Below, piece after piece: positions 11,501 to 19,954 of a DNA stretch of 64,000 nt. A program made the translations under genes and the position numbers. Source of the stretch: Bacteroidales bacterium (GTDB lineage: Bacteria; Bacteroidota; Bacteroidia; Bacteroidales; FEN-979); NCBI GenBank assembly GCA_049317265.1, contig JBMOIP010000012.1:4612-68611 (forward strand). Reading direction: 5' to 3'. The notes beneath the pieces are model-generated. The model was not told the DNA's origin and ran no database searches. It saw nothing but the letters and a program-made list of their open reading frames with translations. Position 1 is the stretch's first letter; every line of letters begins with the position of its first letter.

Positions 11501-11609
11501 CACAATCCCACCAACTGGCAGTAGGCTCAATGGTAAGCAGGTAAACCGTTGATGCAATGATAAAAGTGACCCAACCGAAAATGTTGTTCAGTTTCTGGAA
11601 ATTCTTCAT
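8538..11609 (-). CDS. DUF2723 / GT117 (TMEM260-like) GT-C membrane glycosyltransferase
   Basis: WDCGEY...VGHPPGAPLF, EGEVYA, RERDY, GDNDTFPLWY motifs, many TM helices, helical C-terminus. Start MKNFQK lies downstream of a -7 promoter element. Confidence 0.88.
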   Translation of the reverse strand: MKNFQKLNNIFGWVTFIIASTVYLLTIEPTASWWDCGEYIATAFKLQVGHPPGAPLFQMIGRFFSLFAFGDVSHVAMMVNMMSGISSGFTILFLFWSIVLFAKKIVAPKGELTQGGMFTVFAAAFIGSMAYTFSDTFWFSAVEGEVYAMSSAFTAISFWAILKWEDVADEKHSYRWLVLIAFLMGLAIGVHLLNLLVIPATCMVYYYKKFPKPTKLGMLVTFILSILILAFVMFLIIPGMVQLSGKFELIFVNGLGMPFNTGTLIYFFLLIGLIVWGLHFTRKKGKTILNTIILAFAFILIGYSSFIMLVIRANADTPINENAPQDAVSLLSYLNREQYGDFPIAYGQYYNAPIVDYADGNPVYQKDVKSGKYIVIDERKGTVPVWDPKFTTVFPRMWSNQRRGAGEFYKNWGGEGIPIEVTTQDGKPGTLNRPTFGENLKYFFTYQIGHMYVRYFMWNFVGRQNDVQGFGGSKEDGNWISGIPFLDKSRLGNDQTDLPDSKKNRASNKYYFLPLILGLIGFFFHLGKDYKGTMIISLLFIMTGLAILVYLNQQPYEPRERDYAYAASFYAFAIWIGLGVIPLINFLRKKMGENISIAIVFALCLLLVPGIMAKENWDDHDRSGKFACRDFAANYLKSCEPQGILFTNGDNDTFPLWYDQEVEGIGTDVRVVNLMLASGPWYINQLYKKAYTSDPIPLTLNQEQYRQGTNDILPFYDIGLTGYVELKDMIDFIKSDDPQSFLTLQNGERMKFFPSKKVKITVDSAACVKYGIVPKYLQGKMVDSICWTIKSNQLYKNDLMLLDLLASNKWERPIYFAAPSSVNHCVAIDSFCMVQGWVYKFMPVKADPADYIQGMGGVDAITSYDILKNKCAWGNLNDPHVYVDPESLNNSVRPKTNFMRVAQCLQEMGKNKEAIEMLDTYIKYFPDSKVPYDMYMLPYAETYYKAGAPEKANKLIERVAEICSQNLDYYNSYGPESSQYFEQDVQTSLGIMKRMSMVASENHQPQLAAKIDTLFNMKIKGFK

Positions 11610-11637
11610 AGAATTGTATTTAGCTGGAATTGCGCGG

Positions 11638-11723
11638 CAAAAGTACAAATTTACCCGCAAACAGAAGCCAGGAATTTTTTTCCATGCAACGCGACAGCCA
11701 AAAGAAAATATTTTCTACCTTTG
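11638..11723. promoter_or_regulatory. Divergent -7 promoter elements for DUF2723-lgt (minus) and tRNA-Gln (plus)
   Basis: TACTTTTG on minus strand at 11638-11645; TACCTTTG on plus strand at 11716-11723. Confidence 0.7.
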
Positions 11724-11750
11724 CACCCTCGATTTAAAACACGATTTTTC

Positions 11751-11783
11751 AATCTTCAATCGTAAATCGTACAATCGTCAATC
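11751..11783. repeat. Heptameric tandem repeat (AATCGTN)n in the tRNA leader
   Basis: AATCTTC AATCGTA AATCGTAC AATCGTC AATC read directly. Confidence 0.75.
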
Positions 11784-11787
11784 ATCC

Positions 11788-11858
11788 TGACCCATGGTGT
11801 AACGGCAGCACTAGTGATTTTGGTTCACTTAGCCCAGGTTCGAATCCTGGTGGGTCAA
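11788..11858 (+). tRNA. tRNA-Gln (anticodon TTG)
   Basis: Acceptor stem TGACCCA/TGGGTCA, D-arm TGGTGTAACGGCAGCA, anticodon arm AGTGA-TT TTG GT-TCACT, T-arm CCAGG-TTCGAAT-CCTGG; no encoded CCA. Confidence 0.97.
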
Positions 11859-11864
11859 CAAATC

Positions 11865-11930
11865 AAATGCGAAATGTGATGGCGGATCCTCCGCCTTTTT
11901 CATTTCGCATTTCGCATTTCATATTTCGCA
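11865..11930. terminator. Bidirectional terminator embedded in inverted heptamer repeats
   Basis: GGCGGA-TCC-TCCGCC-TTTTT (11881-11900), flanked by AAATGCGAAATG and (CATTTCG)n; lies between the convergent tRNA and DUF1566 gene. Confidence 0.8.
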
Positions 11931-11956
11931 AGGAAGAAAGACCAAAGAAACGTTTT

Positions 11957-12691
11957 TTAAAATGCCCTTACAGCCCGTACATAGGTTGCAGTGGTCTTAC
12001 TGGCCTGGCCATACTGGAAGCCATCCTGGAAGAGTTCGAACCATGCGGTTAGTGAAGTACTCTCGGAGGAACTCCAATAATACGTAAGAATAAAGCCACC
12101 AATTGCAGCTTTTTGCAGGTACATTTGATGAAGCTCGTCTTTAGATGGTAAAAACCAGTCGCTGTAACCGTTCAGCACGAGCTCATCACAAATCCTGGCT
12201 GCAGTCCCGGCTGTGCTGCATCCATTCACAAAAAGCGTGGTATTGGCCTGTCCTGAACCCAGGCTGGTGGACGTTCCGATGGTGGTTCCGTTGCAGCCCC
12301 ATATAGCTCCTGTGCTTTGGTCGCCGGGAGCTGAAATCAACCCGTGCTGCCCTGTGCCATCGATGTAAAAAATAATGCCTCCCATACGGTTTTGGCCAAT
12401 GGCATATCCAAATTCAACCAGCGTGTTATCCATCTTGCGCCATACGGTACCATCGTGATACACAAAGTACTTCCCGGTAGTATTGAAAACAAGCAAGCCT
12501 TCAACAGGAGATTGAATCATGCCGATCTGGGTCAGGTCCATCCGGGGAGGAAGAAATCCCTTCGTGGTAGATTTCACTTCCAGCATCGCCGCATTGCTTG
12601 GCGGGGTATTGTCTGTGCTGATACTCACCTGGGCGGACAATGCGCTGCCAAGCAGCAGTACGAGGACAAATATCAGGGGAATGTTCTTCAT
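11957..12691 (-). CDS. Secreted DUF1566 (Lcl C-terminal, C-type-lectin-like) domain protein
   Basis: Signal peptide; AMLEVKSTTKGFLPPRM module; GGIIFYID, DWFLPSKDEL, YWSSSE, VRAVRAF terminal motifs. Confidence 0.8.
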   Translation of the reverse strand: MKNIPLIFVLVLLLGSALSAQVSISTDNTPPSNAAMLEVKSTTKGFLPPRMDLTQIGMIQSPVEGLLVFNTTGKYFVYHDGTVWRKMDNTLVEFGYAIGQNRMGGIIFYIDGTGQHGLISAPGDQSTGAIWGCNGTTIGTSTSLGSGQANTTLFVNGCSTAGTAARICDELVLNGYSDWFLPSKDELHQMYLQKAAIGGFILTYYWSSSESTSLTAWFELFQDGFQYGQASKTTATYVRAVRAF

Positions 12692-12838
12692 TGAATCACT
12701 ATTAGAATGGGTTGGAGGTTGAGATTTTCGGTGAAGGCGAATATATAAGCAAAGTTAAAACATTAACAATAACAATTGCCCCGAAGTGATATTCCAATTT
12801 CGTATTTTTGTTTTATTATTGTTTAAATTCATACAGTC

Positions 12839-14060
12839 ATGAGAACAATCAAACTTGTTGTATTCATTTTTATATTTTCATATTTTGGCGGTCAGGCTCA
12901 GATCAACCTTGTGGGCGCCGCTATCAATCCCAGTACCAGCCATATTGATATTTTAAAATGGCAGGCATTTGATTCTGCGTCGGTTACTCCGTATCCAACC
13001 GTGTTTGCAGGATATTATCTTTCATCTTCACTATTCGATGCCTATAACAGCAATTATTACCTTACCGGCATTACCCCCGATTCAAGCGCGCTGCTTTCAT
13101 TCAATACAATTTCAACAAACACAGACCTGCATCCGTTCAGTTCCTATTCCAACATATCGGAGATCGACATGAGTACAGGGAAAATTTACACCCTCAGATC
13201 AGATTCGATCGGGTACATCAGTGTGAATGAATACGACATCCCGACAGGAACGGACAGTTTGCTGGGTGTGATCAGCGAACCCGGTCTGTATGGCATCGTG
13301 GTAGATGCCATCGGGTTCGATTCAAACCACGGAATCATCTACTATGCAGGGCCCGACGGCAGTTCAACCGATTGCCTGTTCAGCATCCCGGTGAGAAATC
13401 CTGTGTTTTCCTGGGCAAAAAAAACACTGCTTACGACTGCCCCCGGTAACAATTTTTACAGTGTAAATTATGACAATGTCAACAACTATTCTCTACGCTT
13501 TAAATGCCGAGCGTGATTCCGCCAATAATTATATCGGCAACAAGGTGGTTGAAATTGATTATCTCACCGCTGAGGTAATTTCAAGGGGGCTGCTGGCCGG
13601 ATTCCCCGCGTTCCAGGTGGGATCTTCATCGTTCGACCAGAATTCAGGAAGTTTGTTACTGGTGGGCCTTGACACAAATTCTGTAAAACAGATGATCATT
13701 TTCGACACCCATACCAATACCTGGGAAACAGGATTTGTTCCCGAAACTGTTTCAGAAATCGCCTGTGATAATTACGCATTTGCGCAAAACACATACGGAA
13801 CAGCGTCGATTGAAGAAAAGGAACCGGCCGACCTGTTCATTTATCCCAACCCGGCAACAACCGGATTCACGCTGAAAATGCACAGCCCTGCAAGCAAATT
13901 TGCCTTAAAAATAAGCGATGTGAACGGCACGGAATGCTTCTCCGGGGAAATACAAAACCCTGAAACTGAATTTTCAACTCAATTCCTTGCCAAAGGGGTC
14001 TATTTTATTACCATTCAGAACCGGAAGAGCACACATACAAAAAAGCTTATTATTCAATAG
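12839..14060 (+). pseudogene. T9SS type A sorting domain beta-propeller-like protein split by a +1 frameshift (pseudogene or sequencing error)
   Basis: ORF1 has the signal peptide; ORF2 has the IYPNP...KGVYFI...KKLIIQ CTD. Removing one base near 13484-13487 gives ...YDNVNNILYALNAE..., about 406 aa. Confidence 0.75.
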
Positions 14061-14706
14061 CATCCGTTACCTGGTAAAACCTCACCTTCATGCCGTCCTT
14101 TGCCGGATTGCACATTTCATTTTCTTGTAGCGAAAGTAGCCATTATGTGGTGACCCACTTTTTTACGGCTGAAAAGCAGGATCAGATTGGTCTGAACATT
14201 CCGGTTTTAAATTGTTTTTGTGAAAACCTACTTGTTGGTTACTATAATCGAAAATTATCCCGGAATGATGAAGGAGTTAAAGGACTATATAAGAAGGATT
14301 ACTTTTCCCTATGCACAATCCCATTTAAAACTAACCAAGACAAATCAAATGTTATTGATAATCAGGATTCAAAATGGGATTCAAGGATTGTAAAAAAACA
14401 TTAAATCGTCATTTGGAAATTTATAATAATCGAAATGAGAATTATGTTCTAAACAGTTGAAACAATAAAGAAAGTCCCAGTTAAAAATGGTACAATTAGA
14501 AATTCTGATAATTCAGAAACTGCTTAAATGTTGCAAATTGTTTGAAAATTCCAGCATTTGTTAATTAATTCATATATAAATGATGACATATTTTCTTGAC
14601 TAGCGTTTATTTCTGTTTTAATTTTACTGTCGGAAATTGCTATATTTTTTTTATCTGAATCAGCCCGCATCGAAATTCAACCATCCAAACAACAAAAATC
14701 ACAACA

Positions 14707-16179
14707 ATGAAATTATTATTGACAAACGACGTAAAATGTCAGCTCTCTGTCCGAATGGCAACATGGGTTTCTATTTTCATCTTGCTTGTTATTTCTTTTA
14801 CCGGATATTCACAGGTAAGCATCAACAATGATGGAAGCGTTCCGGATGCATCTGCCATGCTGGAAGTGAAATCAACCAACCGCGGATTTCTTCTCCCCCG
14901 CATGACCCTGGCCAACAGGCCAGTCTCACCAGCCCTGGGACTTGCCATCTACCAGATCGACAATAGCCCCGGCTTCTATTTTTATGACGGGAGCGCCTGG
15001 CAGAGGATGAGCCTTGCAGCTTATGATTTCTGGAATCCGAATGGATCGGACATATATTTTACATCGGGTCGTGTTGGCATTGGGACCACCAATTCCGACA
15101 ATAATGGACTCTATGTAAAAAACTATTTTATCGGAAGGGCAGCCATTAAGGGAACCAATGAAGCTAATTCAAACGTCTATGCTGCCGGCTACCTTGGGGT
15201 TCTTGATCCCTCACCCCTAGGAGTTCCGACAGGCTCCTCAGTTTATAACATTGGCGTTTTAGGCATAAAACCTAACCTAGGTAATGATGGCGCTGCAGTT
15301 TACGGGTGGAACAATCAGAATGGCAGTAACAATTATTCCGGGTTGTTTTACGCAGATGGGGCAAACACATCGACCGGAACCAATTATGGCATCTATAGTG
15401 TTGCCAGAAAAGCAAGAAACAACTATGCCGGGTATTTCCTGGGAAGGGTGACTGTTGATGGCAACAGTTCAAATACGTCGGGGAGTGATACAGTGTCTAA
15501 TGTTTTCACCGTCAATGTCAACCACAACCAGAATTACAATACATACGCCATTTCCGGCAATGCCTATCCGGCACCGGGCTATGGCGTCGGTACTTACGGA
15601 ATGGGAGGATCCAAGGGTGTCTACGGAAACGGAACCGGACTTGACTATACAGGTTCGGTATACGGAGTGTACGGTCTTGCTTCGGGTACTGCCGGAACAA
15701 GGATCGGTGTTTACGGATATGCATTCGGGGGTACCACCAACTGGGCAAGCTATTTCCTTGGTTCTAATTACATGAGTACCGACCTGCGCATTGGCACTAC
15801 ACTGGCGGCTACCGGTTATGCACTCTCCATCAATGGAAAGATTGCATGTGAAGAAGTGCTGATACAGGATATAGCATCATGGCCCGACTATGTTTTCAGG
15901 AAAGACTACAATCTCATGAGTCTTGAAAACCTGGAAGAAAGTATCAGGGAAAACGGGCACCTTCCCGGTTTTCCGTCATACGGTGAAATTGAGAAAAATG
16001 GCCTGCACCTTGGAACCATGCAAAAACAGGTGGTTGAGAAAGTGGAGGAACTCACGTTGTATACAATTGAACAGGGAAAAGTGCTGAAGGAACTGAAAGC
16101 ATACATCGATGTACTTAAAACAGACATTGACGCATTGAAAGCAGAAAATACCTTACTCAGAAAAGAAATAAAAAAGTAG
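14707..16179 (+). CDS. Secreted tail-fibre-like protein with GVYG beta-repeats and a C-terminal chaperone-like/coiled-coil domain
   Basis: Signal peptide, SAMLEVKSTNRGFLLPRM module, GRVGIGT, repeated GVYG, WPDYVF...HLPG...EKVEELTLY, then coiled coil. Confidence 0.7.
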   Translation: MKLLLTNDVKCQLSVRMATWVSIFILLVISFTGYSQVSINNDGSVPDASAMLEVKSTNRGFLLPRMTLANRPVSPALGLAIYQIDNSPGFYFYDGSAWQRMSLAAYDFWNPNGSDIYFTSGRVGIGTTNSDNNGLYVKNYFIGRAAIKGTNEANSNVYAAGYLGVLDPSPLGVPTGSSVYNIGVLGIKPNLGNDGAAVYGWNNQNGSNNYSGLFYADGANTSTGTNYGIYSVARKARNNYAGYFLGRVTVDGNSSNTSGSDTVSNVFTVNVNHNQNYNTYAISGNAYPAPGYGVGTYGMGGSKGVYGNGTGLDYTGSVYGVYGLASGTAGTRIGVYGYAFGGTTNWASYFLGSNYMSTDLRIGTTLAATGYALSINGKIACEEVLIQDIASWPDYVFRKDYNLMSLENLEESIRENGHLPGFPSYGEIEKNGLHLGTMQKQVVEKVEELTLYTIEQGKVLKELKAYIDVLKTDIDALKAENTLLRKEIKK

Positions 16180-16262
16180 TTCAGCTGTATTGTGAATACA
16201 GGTATTTGAATATTCACCTGTGTATACAAATTTGAATTTGCAGCATTGAGATAATTTCCCAT

Positions 16263-19127
16263 ATGAAAAATATTTGTTCATTCATCTTGTTTTTCGTCCT
16301 GGTTTCTGCAATACCCCCTGTGGGATTGGGACAACAAATACAAATACAGGTTCCCCTCGACGGAACAGAAACCTTCAGGCAGATCGTTGAAAAAAACCGG
16401 AACTACCTGAAAACCCTGCCCGATGATGCTGAAAAACTGCGGTATGAGAAGCACTTTGCGCGGTGGGCCTGGTATACCTCCTTGCACCTGGGACCAGCTG
16501 GCGAATTTGTCAACGTTCCCCAAAAAACACTTGACGCTTATAATCAATTAAACAGCTATGATGCACCACTCACCTCCGCAAACGGCTCCTGGAGTTTTGT
16601 GGGCCCTGCTTCAGACGTACTGGGGAACCCGAGTGCCGGATTAATGGGTCATGGTCGTGTTGACCGCATTGCATTTCATCCAACCGATGGAAATATTATT
16701 TATGTGGGAACACCGGCAGGAGGATTATGGCGAACAACCAATGCAGGCACTTCATGGACCGCCATTAGCAGTTATATTCCCTCGTTGGGGATTTCAGGGA
16801 TTGTGGTTGATCACAATGATCCCAATACACTTTATGTCCTCACAGGTGATGGTGATTCCTTTGAAGGGGGTTTTGTAAGCGCATTTGGTTATATCAGGAA
16901 ATCTATCGGGGTCATGGTTTCGCATGATGCCGGTGTAACCTGGCAAACCACCGGCCCCCTGTCGTCGATTGATTACTGTGGCAGCAAACTGATACAACAC
17001 CCCACAAACTCCAGTATTCTTATTGCAGCAACCACGGATGGAGTTTACAGAACAACCAATGGAGGCACCACCTGGACCCAGGTGACACCCGGAAGGTATT
17101 ATGATGTGGAGTTCAAGCCTGGAAGCCCGTCAACCGTTTATGCTTCTGGCAGAGGGTATTTCAGATATTCAACAAACACCGGTTCAACCTGGTTGTCAAG
17201 TACCTTTGATTATAATCTTTGTATTGGCAGGTCACAACTGGCCGTTACCCCAAATTCACCCGGCAAAGTTTACCTGCTGGCCGGACCGGCCACCAACGGG
17301 GATTTTACGTTTTGCGGATTCTATGTATCAACCAACAGCGGAGTATCATTTACCCGATTAACAACGGCTCCTAACATTCTTGGAAACGAAACCGGCTTTC
17401 AGGGTGATCAATCGGGTTACGACATGGGGTTAGATGTTAACCCCACTGACAATCAGAAGGTGGTAGCCGCCGGGGTAATAATCTGGAAATCGGCTAATGG
17501 CGGATCTACCTTTACTTATGGAACCACTTACGGCGATGGTCCGCATTACATTCACCCCGATGTTCATGACGTAGCCTATAACCCGCTGAACAATATAGTT
17601 TATGCTGCAACTGATGGGGGACTTTATGGCAGTATTGATAATGGTGCTAGCTGGGGAAATCTCTCTGCAGGCATCAATACCACACAGTTTTACCACTTGG
17701 ATGACTATGATGCCGATCCCAACTTCCTGCTGGGCGGATGCCAGGATAACGGAGTTAAATACCGGTACTACAACACCTCCGCATTTTCGCACCTTATAGG
17801 CGCCGACGGATTTGACGGCGCCATTGACTACACCAACGGGCTGATCGGCTACAGTACCTCCAACACAACCATCCTTCATTTCAGCAATTTTATCCTGACA
17901 TCACCAACACAGGTAGCAAAACCTGATGACTACTTTTTTCCACAGGTGGAGTTGAACACCAGCAACCCCGATGTGCTGTACTTCAGTTACAATACCATTT
18001 CAAAATATGTATTTTCAACTGGTACGACAACAGCCCTTGGATCCGGTTCCATTCTTGGTGCCTGGGTGCTCCGTACATGCCCCAGCAACAGCAACAGAAT
18101 TTATGCAGCCGGTGGATTGGATCCCTGGAGTTCAACCGGTTCTCTTTTTGAATCAGCCGACGGAGGATCAACCTGGACAACGTTGTCGGACAATACAGGC
18201 TTCCCTGCAACATTTCCTAGGATTTCGGACATCGGCGTCAGGCCTAACAATTCAGGGCTGGTCTATGTCTGTTTCAGCGGCTATACCGACGGATTGAAAG
18301 TGCTCTATTCAACCAACACCGGCAACACCTGGACCAATATCAGCTATGATCTGCCCAATATCCCGATCAACAGCATTGTGGTGGATCAAAACAACAACGT
18401 ATATGCAGGAGGCGACCTGGGTGTTTATTACCATGCATCGGGCAGCACAAACTGGGAACCGTTTTACAATAACATCCCCAATGTTCCGGTTACCCAGCTT
18501 TGCATCAATGAAAACAACGACCAGCTTCTCGCCGCAACATTCGGCAGGGGTGTCTGGAAAAGTACGCTCAGGGCGGCATGCCCTGCAGATGTTACCCTTG
18601 CCGGCAACCTGACCGGCAACTATTTCCGGTCGGCCTCCAATTCCATCACAGCCAGTGGCAATGTGATTGGAAGCACAGGCAATTCTGTGGTATTGCGGTC
18701 AAACAATTATGTTAAACTAACCTCCGGCTTCCAGGCTAGTTCTGATATTGGAAACAAGTTTCTGGGAACCCTGGGACCCTGCGACTCGGGCATGCCCCCG
18801 GCATTTTCTACCACACAGGAACAGGGACCTGTCTTTCCTGCCGAACTGAATGCCTACACAGTGGCGATAACCCGGCATGATGGAACCCTGGAAGTGGTTA
18901 CCGGTACCAATGGGCAGAAAGAGGTGCTGCTCCGGCAGTTCGCGCCCGGTACGGTAAAGATCATACTGGCCACACCCGGTGGACAGGTCATCCGCAATGT
19001 GGCTGATTTTACCGGCGAAAAAGGTAGTTCAACGTTTAACCTTGGGGCAGATACCGCCCCAGGCAATTACTACCTCTATCTTGTTGTGAACGGTAAGGTG
19101 ATGCATTTGCAGGAAGTAACCTTGTAA
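16263..19127 (+). CDS. Secreted BNR/Asp-box (VPS10/sialidase-like) beta-propeller protein
   Basis: Many SxD/NxGxTW Asp-boxes, HPDVH, GGCQDNG, GADGF, ATFGRGVW; C-terminal beta-stack module and degenerate CTD. Confidence 0.8.
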   Translation: MKNICSFILFFVLVSAIPPVGLGQQIQIQVPLDGTETFRQIVEKNRNYLKTLPDDAEKLRYEKHFARWAWYTSLHLGPAGEFVNVPQKTLDAYNQLNSYDAPLTSANGSWSFVGPASDVLGNPSAGLMGHGRVDRIAFHPTDGNIIYVGTPAGGLWRTTNAGTSWTAISSYIPSLGISGIVVDHNDPNTLYVLTGDGDSFEGGFVSAFGYIRKSIGVMVSHDAGVTWQTTGPLSSIDYCGSKLIQHPTNSSILIAATTDGVYRTTNGGTTWTQVTPGRYYDVEFKPGSPSTVYASGRGYFRYSTNTGSTWLSSTFDYNLCIGRSQLAVTPNSPGKVYLLAGPATNGDFTFCGFYVSTNSGVSFTRLTTAPNILGNETGFQGDQSGYDMGLDVNPTDNQKVVAAGVIIWKSANGGSTFTYGTTYGDGPHYIHPDVHDVAYNPLNNIVYAATDGGLYGSIDNGASWGNLSAGINTTQFYHLDDYDADPNFLLGGCQDNGVKYRYYNTSAFSHLIGADGFDGAIDYTNGLIGYSTSNTTILHFSNFILTSPTQVAKPDDYFFPQVELNTSNPDVLYFSYNTISKYVFSTGTTTALGSGSILGAWVLRTCPSNSNRIYAAGGLDPWSSTGSLFESADGGSTWTTLSDNTGFPATFPRISDIGVRPNNSGLVYVCFSGYTDGLKVLYSTNTGNTWTNISYDLPNIPINSIVVDQNNNVYAGGDLGVYYHASGSTNWEPFYNNIPNVPVTQLCINENNDQLLAATFGRGVWKSTLRAACPADVTLAGNLTGNYFRSASNSITASGNVIGSTGNSVVLRSNNYVKLTSGFQASSDIGNKFLGTLGPCDSGMPPAFSTTQEQGPVFPAELNAYTVAITRHDGTLEVVTGTNGQKEVLLRQFAPGTVKIILATPGGQVIRNVADFTGEKGSSTFNLGADTAPGNYYLYLVVNGKVMHLQEVTL

Positions 19128-19156
19128 GCCTTCCGGGAGGTCAATACAAAGTCCTC

Positions 19157-19194
19157 ATATCCAATGTAAGTAAGAAGTTCATATTGGATATTTT
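19157..19194. terminator. Inverted repeat, likely terminator after the 954-aa gene
   Basis: ATATCCAATGT...ATATTGGATAT followed by TTT. Confidence 0.45.
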
Positions 19195-19204
19195 CATTCG
19201 GCAT

Positions 19205-19296
19205 TCAATGAATGTATTTCTTTATCATTTCAAGTAACCCCTCTTTATTAATTGGTTTTGAGAATTAATCGTTGCACCCCGGTTCCAGGGCTTTCC
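19205..19296 (-). pseudogene. Remnant 3' end of a hybrid histidine kinase receiver domain
   Basis: Translates KALEPGCND*FSKPINKEGLLEMIKKYIH*, versus KALEAGCTDYISKPINKEGLLELIKKY at 28058-28141; 68/84 nt identical by manual alignment. Confidence 0.85.
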
Positions 19297-19816
19297 CAGT
19301 TTATAGCTTGAACTCTTTTTTCCTCCTTCTTTATTTCTACAGAAGTCCTGCATTTTTGAGGATTTTGGATGGCTTTGGCTGGTGTTCGGCAAACGCGCGA
19401 AGAGCATTAAGGGTTCCCAGGTGTTCCCGTTTCATGGGGACCAGGGAAAGTTTTCGGTTGCAGAAGGCCAAGCCGAATATGCTTACGACCATGTCGGAAC
19501 AATTACATCCAGGAATCCCTTGAAATTAATGACACTGCAAATGAATCTTCATTTGTTTTAAATCTTTTCTTCACCAAGTTTGGAAAATAAATATGCCATT
19601 TTCCGCCTTGTTAATTTCTGCAAATATTACATTAATTTTATTTTAAATATTTATAACATGAATGTTCAGTTTGCGTAGGTAAAAGGTCATGAAATTCCAC
19701 CCCGGCTGCAAGATAAAATGATGATTGCATTTGGTATTAATCTAAGGTCGTGGGACATAGAACATTCATTAGCATATTGACAACCAAGCCATTGTGATTT
19801 GATTAACAAGCCAGAG

Positions 19817-19878
19817 GTTAAATTACCATTAACTTTGGCTTAGGCGCTTGTATCCACAATCCGGCCAACATACTTTTG
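19817..19878 (+). promoter_or_regulatory. Promoter of the giant phosphatase gene with upstream 11-bp-spaced repeats
   Basis: -33 TTG (19848-19850), 20-bp spacer, -7 TACTTTTG (19871-19878); TTAA/TTAA/TTAG at 19818, 19829 and 19840. Confidence 0.6.
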
Positions 19879-19954
19879 TGCCATGTTCCTCTCCCCGGAG
19901 TCGGAAATGAGATAATTATATTATATCCATCATTCATTAACCAAACTTTTACCT

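Noticed and set aside
11840-11858. tRNA 3' end as an att site of an integrated element
   Set aside because: No second copy seen in the window and no integrase.
14090-14530. 104-aa ORF and AT-rich spacer as a gene or decayed gene
   Set aside because: No recognisable motif; may be a remnant but cannot be supported without a search.
16186-16245. Overlapping palindromes between the fibre and propeller genes
   Set aside because: AT-rich short stems without a U tract; cannot be distinguished from chance.
19272-19523. 83-aa ORF and recurring GGTTCCCAGG-like words as an ncRNA or repeat
   Set aside because: The first copy is explained by the kinase remnant; the rest form no consistent repeat or structure.
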